From an uncultured Lachnospiraceae bacterium (GTDB lineage: Bacteria; Bacillota; Clostridia; Oscillospirales; CAG-272): a stretch of DNA of 64,000 bases. This document shows positions 29,079 to 37,497 of the stretch, piece by piece. The notes beneath the pieces were generated by a model. The model ran no database searches. It was given only the letters and a program-made list of their open reading frames with translations, and was not told where the DNA came from. The stretch's first letter is position 1. Each line of letters opens with the position of its first letter. The stretch lies in NCBI GenBank assembly GCA_964490165.1, contig CAZBAR010000001.1, forward strand, positions 156,213-220,212, in the 5' to 3' direction. A program made the position numbers and the translations under genes.

Positions 29079-30467
29079 TTAATAAGAATAATGTCTGTAG
29101 TGAGTCTTGTCAGCCAACAGATCAAGAGGATCGTCTTTGACAGCATCGGATTTCATTGCGACAGTGGGCTTTATAGGTCTTGCCATACAAAAGTACCGAA
29201 AGCTGTCTGCAAAATGGTCTTCGTCGGTGGTGTCAAGATCTTCAGGATCACTTTCGCTGTAGCATAACAGCGGCAGTGTGCGTATGGCGTCGCGGCAGGT
29301 GTTGAAAAAATAGACCATAGGCTTTTTTTCTGCGTCAAAAGCGAGCCTGTAGTGGCATTGCATCCAGCCCGGAAGCCGTTTGTTATCTCCGCGCCGGAAA
29401 AATACGCAGTGTCTGTCTGCTGCATTGATTATTGCTTCTCCGCGGGATGCGTCCCATATAGAGGGATCGGCAACGCCGGAGATCTGCTTGCCTGCCAGCC
29501 AACGGTGCTCTGCTTCAATTTGATGTATCTTTGAAAATATGCGGTCGGGGTCCCATTTTACTCCTTCATTCGGCTGCCCCGAGCAGCCGTAAAGCTGCAA
29601 TATCAGATACGCCCGTCCCTCATAGTCGATTGCCCACCAGTCGCAGGAGAAGGGCTTTGAGTATCCGAAGTCAAAGCTGCGGTATATTCTCCAGTCGCGC
29701 GGTATTTCAAACGGGTCGATAACATGAGTTGCCAAGCGGTCCTTGTAGTGCTCCGGCGCATCTGTAAATTCTTCGAAAAACTGCCCCTCAAAAACATTCC
29801 AGTCACCGTCAAGCCAGGCACGGCGCAGCTTTTCGGGCAGCGCTTCAAGTTTTTTTACATATGTAGGGTCAGAGCTGCTCAGCGCTTTGTTGTCGCTTAC
29901 CAAAGACTGAATAAAGAAATATTCGTCTCCGCTTTCCGCCGATGTGTATGCCTTGTCAATAAACAGACGCTTTACCCAGCCATGGCCTCTGCCTCCGGGA
30001 TTGCAGGTCAGATATATTCGCTTTGGAAACTTGTTCACACCTCTGACGCAGGCACTCATCATTTTATACATTTCCTCTGTAAACTGCGTTGCTTCATCAA
30101 TAAACAGTACATCGCATTCCGTTCCCTGAAATTTGTCAAGGTCGGAGACATTGCGGCAGTATCGGAATGTCACTGTAGAGCCGTTAAAAAACCGCATTTC
30201 TCTTGCGCTTTCGACGTATACGGCAACTCCCTCCAAAAGAGCCTTCATAGGTATGATGTGGTTTTGCCGCAGCTCGCCGTAGGTGCGGCGCACAACGGTG
30301 ATCTTTATTCCGGGATAGTTCAGGCACATCAGAGCTGCTTTTATTCGCACCGCCCAGCTCTTTCCGCCGCCCCTCGCTCCGCCGAAGGCTATGTATTTGT
30401 GAGTATCTGAAAGAAATTGCTTCTGTCTCTCGCTGGGAGAGGGAATATTCATTTCTATTTTGCCCAC
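29079..30467 (-). CDS. Phage terminase large subunit
   Basis: Walker A FGGARGGGKSW, Walker B VLFIDEATQF, and a C-terminal RNaseH-like nuclease region (DWWAIDYEGRAYLILQ..., ...DEDHFADSFRY). Confidence 0.88.
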   Translation of the reverse strand: MGKIEMNIPSPSERQKQFLSDTHKYIAFGGARGGGKSWAVRIKAALMCLNYPGIKITVVRRTYGELRQNHIIPMKALLEGVAVYVESAREMRFFNGSTVTFRYCRNVSDLDKFQGTECDVLFIDEATQFTEEMYKMMSACVRGVNKFPKRIYLTCNPGGRGHGWVKRLFIDKAYTSAESGDEYFFIQSLVSDNKALSSSDPTYVKKLEALPEKLRRAWLDGDWNVFEGQFFEEFTDAPEHYKDRLATHVIDPFEIPRDWRIYRSFDFGYSKPFSCDWWAIDYEGRAYLILQLYGCSGQPNEGVKWDPDRIFSKIHQIEAEHRWLAGKQISGVADPSIWDASRGEAIINAADRHCVFFRRGDNKRLPGWMQCHYRLAFDAEKKPMVYFFNTCRDAIRTLPLLCYSESDPEDLDTTDEDHFADSFRYFCMARPIKPTVAMKSDAVKDDPLDLLADKTHYRHYSY

Positions 30468-30706
30468 TTCAAGCCCTCGTTTTCAAACCGTACCGATACC
30501 TCTGTTGTGCTGTCGGTATCGTCCATAGACCGTATCACTGCCGAAAGCTCTTTTGCCGTGGCTGTCAGCTCCTTCAGCTGCTTCACCTTGGCAGGGTCTA
30601 TAAGACCGTCTTCGATCTGCATTTCATCTGCAAGCTGCATTATCTTGTCTGCTACCTTGTCAAATGTCTGCTTCATTGTTGTTTTTTTCTTTTTCTTCTT
30701 GCCCAA
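30455..30706 (-). CDS. Small phage-module protein with an N-terminal hexa-lysine tract (in the terminase small-subunit position)
   Basis: A TTG start 8 nt after AAAGGAG. The stop overlaps the terminase start by 13 nt. The sequence M-GKKKKKKTT... is followed by a helical, acidic body. I recognised no family. Confidence 0.5.
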   Translation of the reverse strand: MGKKKKKKTTMKQTFDKVADKIMQLADEMQIEDGLIDPAKVKQLKELTATAKELSAVIRSMDDTDSTTEVSVRFENEGLKWAK

Positions 30707-30849
30707 TATTCAAACTCCTTTCCGGCATTTCAATAATAGCAGAGGACATTTATCATTTCTCCCTTTATCTGAATACTATGTAATATGTGTAAGGTGCTCC
30801 CGGACGGGGCTCCGCAAAAAATATAGCCGTAAGGGGAAAAATAAAAACT

Positions 30850-31068
30850 ATGATGTGTATTGCTTCTATAAAAAGTGCTACAGCAGCAGAGAAAGCAAAG
30901 CGCGCCCTTGTGAGAAACGGAATAGGCTGCACTGTAGTCAGCCTTGATCCGATGCTTACCAAAAGGGGCTGCGCCTGGGGAATTGAATTCAGATGCCTTA
31001 GCGAATACGATGCAAAAGGGATTCTGCGATCAGCTCACGTGGCATACGGGGAATTGATAATAAGATAA
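30850..31068 (+). CDS. DUF3343-like small protein (putative Se/S carrier-like)
   Basis: A 72-aa protein, ...ATAAEKAKRALVRNGIGCTVVSLDP...GCAWGIEF.... Size, pattern and adjacency to a class-V aminotransferase/cysteine desulfurase fit DUF3343. Confidence 0.55.
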   Translation: MMCIASIKSATAAEKAKRALVRNGIGCTVVSLDPMLTKRGCAWGIEFRCLSEYDAKGILRSAHVAYGELIIR

Positions 31069-31101
31069 AGCTTAAGTCAGAGCAGCTTGGTGGAAATAAA
31101 A

Positions 31102-32238
31102 ATGACAGTTTATTTGGATAATGCGGCTACATCTTTTCCGAAGCCGCGGGCAGTAGTTGACGCCGCAACAGACTGTATGGCAAACTGGTGCGGTAATCCG
31201 GGCAGAGGCGCGCATATATTTTCTGCAAAAAGTGCTGCTGTGCTTTACGATTGCAGGGAAGAGGCAGCAGAGCTTTTCGGGCTTGGCAATCCTGAGGGCG
31301 TAGTGTTTACAATGAACGCCACTCACGCCTTAAACGGAGCTATATTCGGGCTTCTGAATGAGGGAGATCATGTGCTGATATCGGATCTTGAGCATAACAG
31401 TGTGCTCAGACCCGTAGAATATTTGCGGCAAAGGGGTATGATAGAATATGATATCTTCCAGACAGCCGGAAATACGGCGGCAAATATCTCCCGTCTTATA
31501 CGCCCTGACACGGCTGCCGTGATTTGCCTGCACGCATCAAATATCATAAACCGGGTACTGCCCGTCGGGGAGATCGGCAGATTGTGCAGACGCCACGGAC
31601 TGCTGTTTATTCTCGATGCTTCCCAAAGCGCGGGAAGTATCGATATCAATATGAAAAGAGACAATATAAGCGTCCTTTGCACAGCGGGGCATAAGGGACT
31701 TATGGGACCTGCGGGAAGCGGACTTGCGCTGTACTCAGACGGAGTAGTTCCGCGCGCATTTATGCACGGAGGCAGCGGAGTAAACTCAAAGGATGCCTTT
31801 ATGCCGGAATTTTTGCCTGACAGATTGGAGGCAGGTACTCTTGCCGTTCCGGCCATTGCCGGACTTCTGGAGGGCATCAGATATGTAAAGGAGCGCGGAG
31901 CGCGAAATATCCGTGAGCATGAATGCGGACTTTCTGATATTGTCCACAGGCGCTTTTTGAGGGACGATCGCTTTGAGATCTATTCAAGACAGGGCGGCAG
32001 CTTATTTTTGTTTAATATTCGGGGCTTGAGCAGTCAAGCAGTGGGAGAGGGATTGAATTCTCACGGTATTTGTACAAGAGCGGGTATGCACTGTGCACCT
32101 CTTGCTCATAAAACAGTAGGAACCCCCGAGGGCGGCGCTGTCCGCGTAGGTATAGGTGCTTTCAACACCGAGAGCGATATAAGATCGCTTTGCTCGGTTC
32201 TTGACGAGCTTGCCGATAAAGCGCAAAAAAACAGTTGA
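31102..32238 (+). CDS. Cysteine desulfurase-family aminotransferase (class V)
   Basis: MTVYLDNAATSFPKP..., a PLP lysine region ...CTAGHKGLMGP..., and a C-terminal ...RAGMHCAP... active-site Cys loop. Confidence 0.85.
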   Translation: MTVYLDNAATSFPKPRAVVDAATDCMANWCGNPGRGAHIFSAKSAAVLYDCREEAAELFGLGNPEGVVFTMNATHALNGAIFGLLNEGDHVLISDLEHNSVLRPVEYLRQRGMIEYDIFQTAGNTAANISRLIRPDTAAVICLHASNIINRVLPVGEIGRLCRRHGLLFILDASQSAGSIDINMKRDNISVLCTAGHKGLMGPAGSGLALYSDGVVPRAFMHGGSGVNSKDAFMPEFLPDRLEAGTLAVPAIAGLLEGIRYVKERGARNIREHECGLSDIVHRRFLRDDRFEIYSRQGGSLFLFNIRGLSSQAVGEGLNSHGICTRAGMHCAPLAHKTVGTPEGGAVRVGIGAFNTESDIRSLCSVLDELADKAQKNS

Positions 32239-32263
32239 CAAAGCAAAATCATAGTGTTATAAT
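32235..32263 (+). promoter_or_regulatory. Consensus sigma-A promoter for the ileS leader
   Basis: TTGACA (32235-32240), a 17-nt spacer, then TATAAT (32258-32263). Confidence 0.65.
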
Positions 32264-32269
32264 TACCTT

Positions 32270-32512
32270 GTAAAAGCTGTGACGGAGACAGTAGCACGGT
32301 AATTATGCTAAAGCGAGCCGACGTTGGTGCAAGGTCGGTGCAGAGTTCCGATGTGAATATCACTCCAGAGCTGTAGGGTGACAGTATTTTGACTGTAAGC
32401 GAAATACCGGTAGCCTTCACCGGTGCTCCACCGTTATCGGGAGCGCATATGACTGTATGCAGGTGGTATATCAAAGGGATCCCTTTGTCCTAGCGGCAAA
32501 GGGATATTTTTA
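32270..32512 (+). promoter_or_regulatory. T-box leader, Ile specifier (AUC)
   Basis: Stem I elements are present (AGCGAGCC...GGTGCAAGG...). The specifier-loop context is GAATATCACTCC (AUC followed by A). A T-box-like AGGTGGTA is followed by alternative pairings of CAAAGGGA/TCCCTTTG/CAAAGGGA and a T-run at 32506-32511. It lies upstream of ileS. Confidence 0.8.
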
Positions 32513-32553
32513 TTATAAATTATTTGCCGCTTTGCGGCATGGAGGTAAATGCT

Positions 32554-35500
32554 ATGTATAAGAAGGTTCCAACCGACCTGAACTTTGTCGGCCGCGAGGC
32601 TGAAACACTGAAGTTCTGGAACGAAAACAAGATCTTCGAGCGCAGTCTCGAAATGCACAAGGGAGACAGAAAGTATACTTTCTATGACGGTCCTCCTACT
32701 GCTAACGGAAAGCCGCATATCGGTCACGTGCTTACCCGTGTTATTAAGGATATGATCCCCCGTTACCACGCTATGAAGGGCTGCGATGTGCCCCGCAAGG
32801 CAGGTTGGGATACTCACGGTCTGCCTGTTGAGCTTGAGGTAGAGAAGCTGCTCGGTATCAACGGAAAAGAGCAGATAGAAGAATACGGCATTGCTCCTTT
32901 TATTGATAAGTGCAAAGAGTCTGTATGGAAATATAAGGGTATGTGGGAGTCTTTCTCCGATACAGTCGGCTTCTGGGCTGATATGGACGATCCTTATGTT
33001 ACATATGATAATAATTATATCGAGTCCGAATGGTGGGCACTGAAGCAGATATGGGATAAGGGTCTGCTTTATAAAAGCTTTAAGGTAGTGCCGTACTGCC
33101 CCCGCTGCGGAACACCTCTTTCCGCACAGGAAGTAGCGCAGGGATATAAAAGCGTTAAAGAGCGCTCTGCGGTAGTTCGTTTCAAGGTAGTCGGCGAGGA
33201 CGCGTATTTCCTCGCGTGGACAACAACTCCCTGGACTCTGCCCTCAAACGTGGCTCTCTGTGTAAACCCCGAAGATACCTACTGCAAGCTTAAAGCCTCC
33301 GACGGTTACACTTATTATATGGCAGAAGCACTTATGGAAAAGGTGCTCGGCTCAAGGGAGATAACGTGGGAGATCCTTGACAGCTTCAAGGGCACTGCTC
33401 TTGAGGGCAGGGAATATGAGCCTCTGTTTGAATGTGCAGCTGAAAAAGCTGTAGCACAGAAGAAAAAAGCTCACTTTGTCACCTGTGACAGCTATGTAAC
33501 AATGTCAGACGGTACAGGTATCGTTCATATTGCTCCCGCATTCGGTGAAGACGACAGCCGTATCGGCAAAAAATATGACCTGCCCTTTGTACAGTTCGTT
33601 GACGGCAAGGGTAACCTGACAGAGGAAACACCTTTTGCAGGACTCTTCGTAAAGGACGCTGATCCCAAGGTACTGGTTGATCTTGAGAGCAGAGGACTCC
33701 TTTTCGACGCTCCTAAGTTCGAGCACGATTATCCCTTCTGCTGGCGCTGTGACACTCCTCTTGTGTACTATGCAAGAGAGTCATGGTATATAAAAGAGAC
33801 CGCAGTAAGAGACGATCTTATAAGAAACAACAATACTGTAAACTGGATACCCGACAGCATAGGTAAGGGACGTTTCGGCAACTGGCTTGAGAATATTCAG
33901 GACTGGGCTATCAGCCGTAACCGTTACTGGGGCACACCTCTTAATATATGGGAATGCTCCTGCGGTCACAGACATTCAATAGGCTCTATTGCAGAGCTGA
34001 AGGAAATGTCCGACAACTGCCCCGATGAAATAGAGCTGCACCGCCCCTATATTGATGCAGTAACTATCAAATGCCCCGAGTGCGGCGGTGAGATGAAGCG
34101 TGTCAGCGAGGTTATCGACTGCTGGTTTGACTCCGGCGCAATGCCTTTCGCACAGCACCACTATCCTTTTGAAAATCACGATCTGTTTGAGGCTCAGTTC
34201 CCGGCAGACTTTATATCTGAGGCTGTTGACCAGACAAGAGGATGGTTCCATTCTCTTATGGCTATATCAACTATCCTGTTCAATAAAGCGCCTTACCGCA
34301 ATGTAATAGTGCTCGGCCATGTGCAGGATAAGAACGGTCAGAAGATGTCAAAGTCAAAGGGCAACGCAGTAGATCCCTTTGAGGCTCTTGCAACACACGG
34401 CGCCGACGCTATCCGTTGGTATTTCTATACTAACTCCGCTCCGTGGCTGCCCTCACGCTTCAGCGACAAGGCTGTTACCGAAGGTCAGCGTAAGTTTATG
34501 GGCACGCTTCAGAATACATACGCGTTTTGGGTGCTGTATGCAAATATCGACAAGTTTGACCCCACAAAGTATAAGCTTTCAGACTGCGCGCTTACCGTTA
34601 TGGATAAATTTATCCTTTCAAGACTTAATACAATGGTCGAGGGCGTTGATAAAAACCTTGCTGCGTATAAGGTACCCGAGGCTGCAAAGTGCCTTTCTAC
34701 TTTTGTTGACGAGCTTTCGAACTGGTACGTCCGCCGCTGCCGCGAGCGTTTCTGGGCTTCCGATATGACAGAGGATAAGATCGCTGCATATATGACCTTG
34801 TATACCGCGCTTGTAACTACTGCAAAAGCAGGCGCACCTATGATACCCTTTATGGCAGAGGATATCTATCGCAATCTTGTTTGCACTGTTGATGCCGGCG
34901 CACCCGAAAGCGTTCACTTCTGCTCATTCCCCGAGGTTGACGCTTCTATGATAGACAAGCAGCTTGAGGACGATATGGAATTTATTCTTGAAGCAGTTGT
35001 TCTCGGCAGAGCAGCAAGAAACGGTGCTAATATCAAGAACCGTCAGCCCCTTTCCGAGATCTGCGTAAAGACTGACAGGGAAGTAAGCGACTACTATCGC
35101 GAGATCGTCGAGGACGAGCTTAACGTTAAGAAGGCCACCTTCGCAGCCGATGTTTCACAGATATCCTCTTACAGCTTCAAGCCTCAGCTCAGAACTGTAG
35201 GACCGAAATACGGCAAGCTTCTGGGCGGTATAAACAAGTATCTTGCCGAGGTAGACGGAAACGCTGCAATGGCAAGCCTTGAAGCAGACGGCGCGCTGAA
35301 CTTTGAGGTGGGCGGCGAACCTGTAAGCCTTACAAAGGACGACCTGCTTATCAGCGTATCTCAGAAGGAAGGATGGTATTCCGTTGCTGAAAACGGCATT
35401 ACCGTTGCACTTTGCACGATTCTTACCGAAGAGCTTGTTGAGGAGGGCTTTATAAGAGAGCTTACCTCCAAGGTTCAGACAATGCGTAAGGACTCAGACT

Positions 35501-35694
35501 TCAATGTAATGGATCATATCTCCGTTACGGTTGAGGGCAGCGATAAGCTTCGTGCTGTTCTTGAAAAGGATAGCTCTGAGTTTGAAAAGGCAGTTTTGTG
35601 CGACAGCCTCAGCTTTGAAGGCGCACCCGCAGACGGAATTGCCAAGGAATGGACTATCAACGGCGAAAAGGTCGTTATAACCATTAAGAGATAA
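32554..35694 (+). CDS. ileS: Isoleucine--tRNA ligase (long, type-2-like form, 1046 aa)
   Basis: ...PPTANGKPHIGHV... (HIGH) and ...KMSKSKGN... (KMSKS). ATG at 32554 follows GGAGG. Confidence 0.96.
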   Translation: MYKKVPTDLNFVGREAETLKFWNENKIFERSLEMHKGDRKYTFYDGPPTANGKPHIGHVLTRVIKDMIPRYHAMKGCDVPRKAGWDTHGLPVELEVEKLLGINGKEQIEEYGIAPFIDKCKESVWKYKGMWESFSDTVGFWADMDDPYVTYDNNYIESEWWALKQIWDKGLLYKSFKVVPYCPRCGTPLSAQEVAQGYKSVKERSAVVRFKVVGEDAYFLAWTTTPWTLPSNVALCVNPEDTYCKLKASDGYTYYMAEALMEKVLGSREITWEILDSFKGTALEGREYEPLFECAAEKAVAQKKKAHFVTCDSYVTMSDGTGIVHIAPAFGEDDSRIGKKYDLPFVQFVDGKGNLTEETPFAGLFVKDADPKVLVDLESRGLLFDAPKFEHDYPFCWRCDTPLVYYARESWYIKETAVRDDLIRNNNTVNWIPDSIGKGRFGNWLENIQDWAISRNRYWGTPLNIWECSCGHRHSIGSIAELKEMSDNCPDEIELHRPYIDAVTIKCPECGGEMKRVSEVIDCWFDSGAMPFAQHHYPFENHDLFEAQFPADFISEAVDQTRGWFHSLMAISTILFNKAPYRNVIVLGHVQDKNGQKMSKSKGNAVDPFEALATHGADAIRWYFYTNSAPWLPSRFSDKAVTEGQRKFMGTLQNTYAFWVLYANIDKFDPTKYKLSDCALTVMDKFILSRLNTMVEGVDKNLAAYKVPEAAKCLSTFVDELSNWYVRRCRERFWASDMTEDKIAAYMTLYTALVTTAKAGAPMIPFMAEDIYRNLVCTVDAGAPESVHFCSFPEVDASMIDKQLEDDMEFILEAVVLGRAARNGANIKNRQPLSEICVKTDREVSDYYREIVEDELNVKKATFAADVSQISSYSFKPQLRTVGPKYGKLLGGINKYLAEVDGNAAMASLEADGALNFEVGGEPVSLTKDDLLISVSQKEGWYSVAENGITVALCTILTEELVEEGFIRELTSKVQTMRKDSDFNVMDHISVTVEGSDKLRAVLEKDSSEFEKAVLCDSLSFEGAPADGIAKEWTINGEKVVITIKR

Positions 35695-35700
35695 AGAATA

Positions 35701-35753
35701 AATACTCCCTTGATACGGTGGAACAGTCCGCACGTTTCAAGGGAGTATTTTTG
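35701..35753 (+). terminator. Terminator after ileS
   Basis: AATACTCCCTTGA...TCAAGGGAGTATT followed by TTT. The loop is long. Confidence 0.6.
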
Positions 35754-35872
35754 CGTTTTTTGGTACCGATGTTATTCGACATATTGCAGCTATTGACAAA
35801 GGAGCTAAAATATAGTACAATATAAAGTAACATTCTGATGTGTATAAATTACTTTGAAAGGTAGGTATAAAA

Positions 35873-36193
35873 ATGAGCGAGGAAATGACTGAGATACTTA
35901 AGACAGCTACCGTCAACGGAAAATTTCTTATGTATAAGGGACGTCCCTTGGTGCGCGAGGGCAATATCATTATATACGGCAATATGGAGGATGAATATAT
36001 TCTTCAGCTTGTTATTATGACAGAGAAGGAGTATAAGGGCAAAAGTGTTCCCGATAAAATACTCATTCAGGTGATGAAGACCGACGCCGGACTTTCCGAC
36101 GGCGAGAGAATAGTTAAGCAGGAGATGAAAAGCGGACTCAACGAGGCTATGTCACTCGGTCTTATCTGGCTTGAGAGACGAATCGGTAACTGA
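35873..36193 (+). CDS. Hypothetical protein (106 aa)
   Basis: An ORF with an upstream AGGTAGG SD-like sequence, ending 2 nt before the next gene. No family was recognised. Confidence 0.5.
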   Translation: MSEEMTEILKTATVNGKFLMYKGRPLVREGNIIIYGNMEDEYILQLVIMTEKEYKGKSVPDKILIQVMKTDAGLSDGERIVKQEMKSGLNEAMSLGLIWLERRIGN

Positions 36194-36195
36194 CG

Positions 36196-37341
36196 ATGAA
36201 AAGCTTCAAATGTTTGCTGGCGCTTGTGCTGTGCGCTATTGCTATCGGCACTGTGGGATGCCAGAAGGCGTCTGAGGATGCTGTTACCTCAGATGAAACA
36301 TTATCAACTGTCAGCACAGTTAATCCTGATACTACTGAAAGCTCAGTCGGTATTGAATATCCTGAATTTACAAATCCTCTTACAGGTCTTGGCAGCGAGA
36401 CTGACCTTTCTGCAAAGCGTCCTGTCTCCATAATGGTAAATAATATCAGCATAAGCCTTCCTCAGGAGGGAATATGCGGAGCTGACATTATGTATGAGTG
36501 TCTCGCCGAGGGCGGTATAACCCGACTGATGATGATAACCACTGAGTATGAAAAGCTTCCTCAGGTGGGAAGCGTAAGAAGTGCCAGAGATTATTATATC
36601 GACTTTGCCGAGAGCTATGACTGCATTTTTGTTCACGCAGGCGGCAGCGAGTATGCCTACGATACTATGGCTGAACGCGGTACGGAGCATCTTGACGGTG
36701 TTCTGGGCTCTTCCGCTCTGTGGGATCAGACGAATACCTTTTGGCGTGATACCGAGAGGCTGAAACGCTACAGCAGAGAGCATACACTTATGGCAAAAAG
36801 CGGAGAGGGTATTGCTGAGGGCATAAAGTATATGGGCATCCGGACTGAAAAAAGCGCCGGATATGAAGAGCCTATGCATTTTGCAGAATTCGGCAAGAGC
36901 GTTTCTCTTGAAAACGGTGCAGCTCACGCTAAAGTCAGAATGTCATCCTATCAGACGGTCGACTATGTGTACTCTGAAGCCGAGGGCGGCTATCTGAGAT
37001 TTCAGTACGACGGAGACGCACATATGGACTCAACTGCAAACAAGCAGCTTTGCTTTGAAAATGTTATAGTAATGTTTGCGGATATGGGCGATATTCCGGG
37101 AGACGAAAAGGCGCGTATCTGGATGCAGACTACAGGAGAGGGCAGCGGATATTATATTACCGACGGCACATACCAGAGTATTAAATGGAAAAAGCCGGAG
37201 CACTCGTCTCCTATAAAGTATTATTTTGAGAATGGCAGCGAAGTTGAGCTGAACCGCGGAAAAACTATGATAAATGTTGTCCCGAATGTTATGAACAACG
37301 AAAATGTCACTTTTGATAATGATACATCTCTTTTAGGATAA
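36196..37341 (+). CDS. DUF3048-domain lipoprotein
   Basis: Lipobox ...IGTVGC. The segment RPVSIMVNNISISLPQEGICGADIMYECLAEGGITRLMMI matches the DUF3048 core. Confidence 0.75.
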   Translation: MKSFKCLLALVLCAIAIGTVGCQKASEDAVTSDETLSTVSTVNPDTTESSVGIEYPEFTNPLTGLGSETDLSAKRPVSIMVNNISISLPQEGICGADIMYECLAEGGITRLMMITTEYEKLPQVGSVRSARDYYIDFAESYDCIFVHAGGSEYAYDTMAERGTEHLDGVLGSSALWDQTNTFWRDTERLKRYSREHTLMAKSGEGIAEGIKYMGIRTEKSAGYEEPMHFAEFGKSVSLENGAAHAKVRMSSYQTVDYVYSEAEGGYLRFQYDGDAHMDSTANKQLCFENVIVMFADMGDIPGDEKARIWMQTTGEGSGYYITDGTYQSIKWKKPEHSSPIKYYFENGSEVELNRGKTMINVVPNVMNNENVTFDNDTSLLG

Positions 37342-37353
37342 GATTTTACAGAG

Positions 37354-37381
37354 AGAGCAGCCTAAACGGCTGCTCTTTTTA
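37354..37381 (+). terminator. Rho-independent terminator
   Basis: GAGCAGCC-taaac-GGCTGCTC followed by TTTTT. Confidence 0.8.
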
Positions 37382-37497
37382 TCTATATTTGCTATAGCAA
37401 AATAGTCCGGATAGTGCTATAATTTTAGTTGTAAAATGTATTTTTTATATAAAACAGGATACTGTTTGCGCTTAGCAAAAAAGGACAACAAGGTCAG

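Larger units (their letters stand above)
27147..30706 (-). mobile_element. Isolated phage DNA-packaging module (prophage remnant or domesticated module)
   Basis: Four co-oriented, overlapping or tightly spaced genes: small protein, TerL, portal and Prp-like. No capsid, tail, lysis or integrase genes are nearby, and the flanks are core genes. Confidence 0.55.

Noticed and set aside
26200-30706. Annotating the region as a complete prophage.
   Set aside because: Only packaging genes are present. I saw no integrase, repressor, capsid, tail, holin or lysin genes and no obvious att repeats. I therefore call it an isolated module or remnant.
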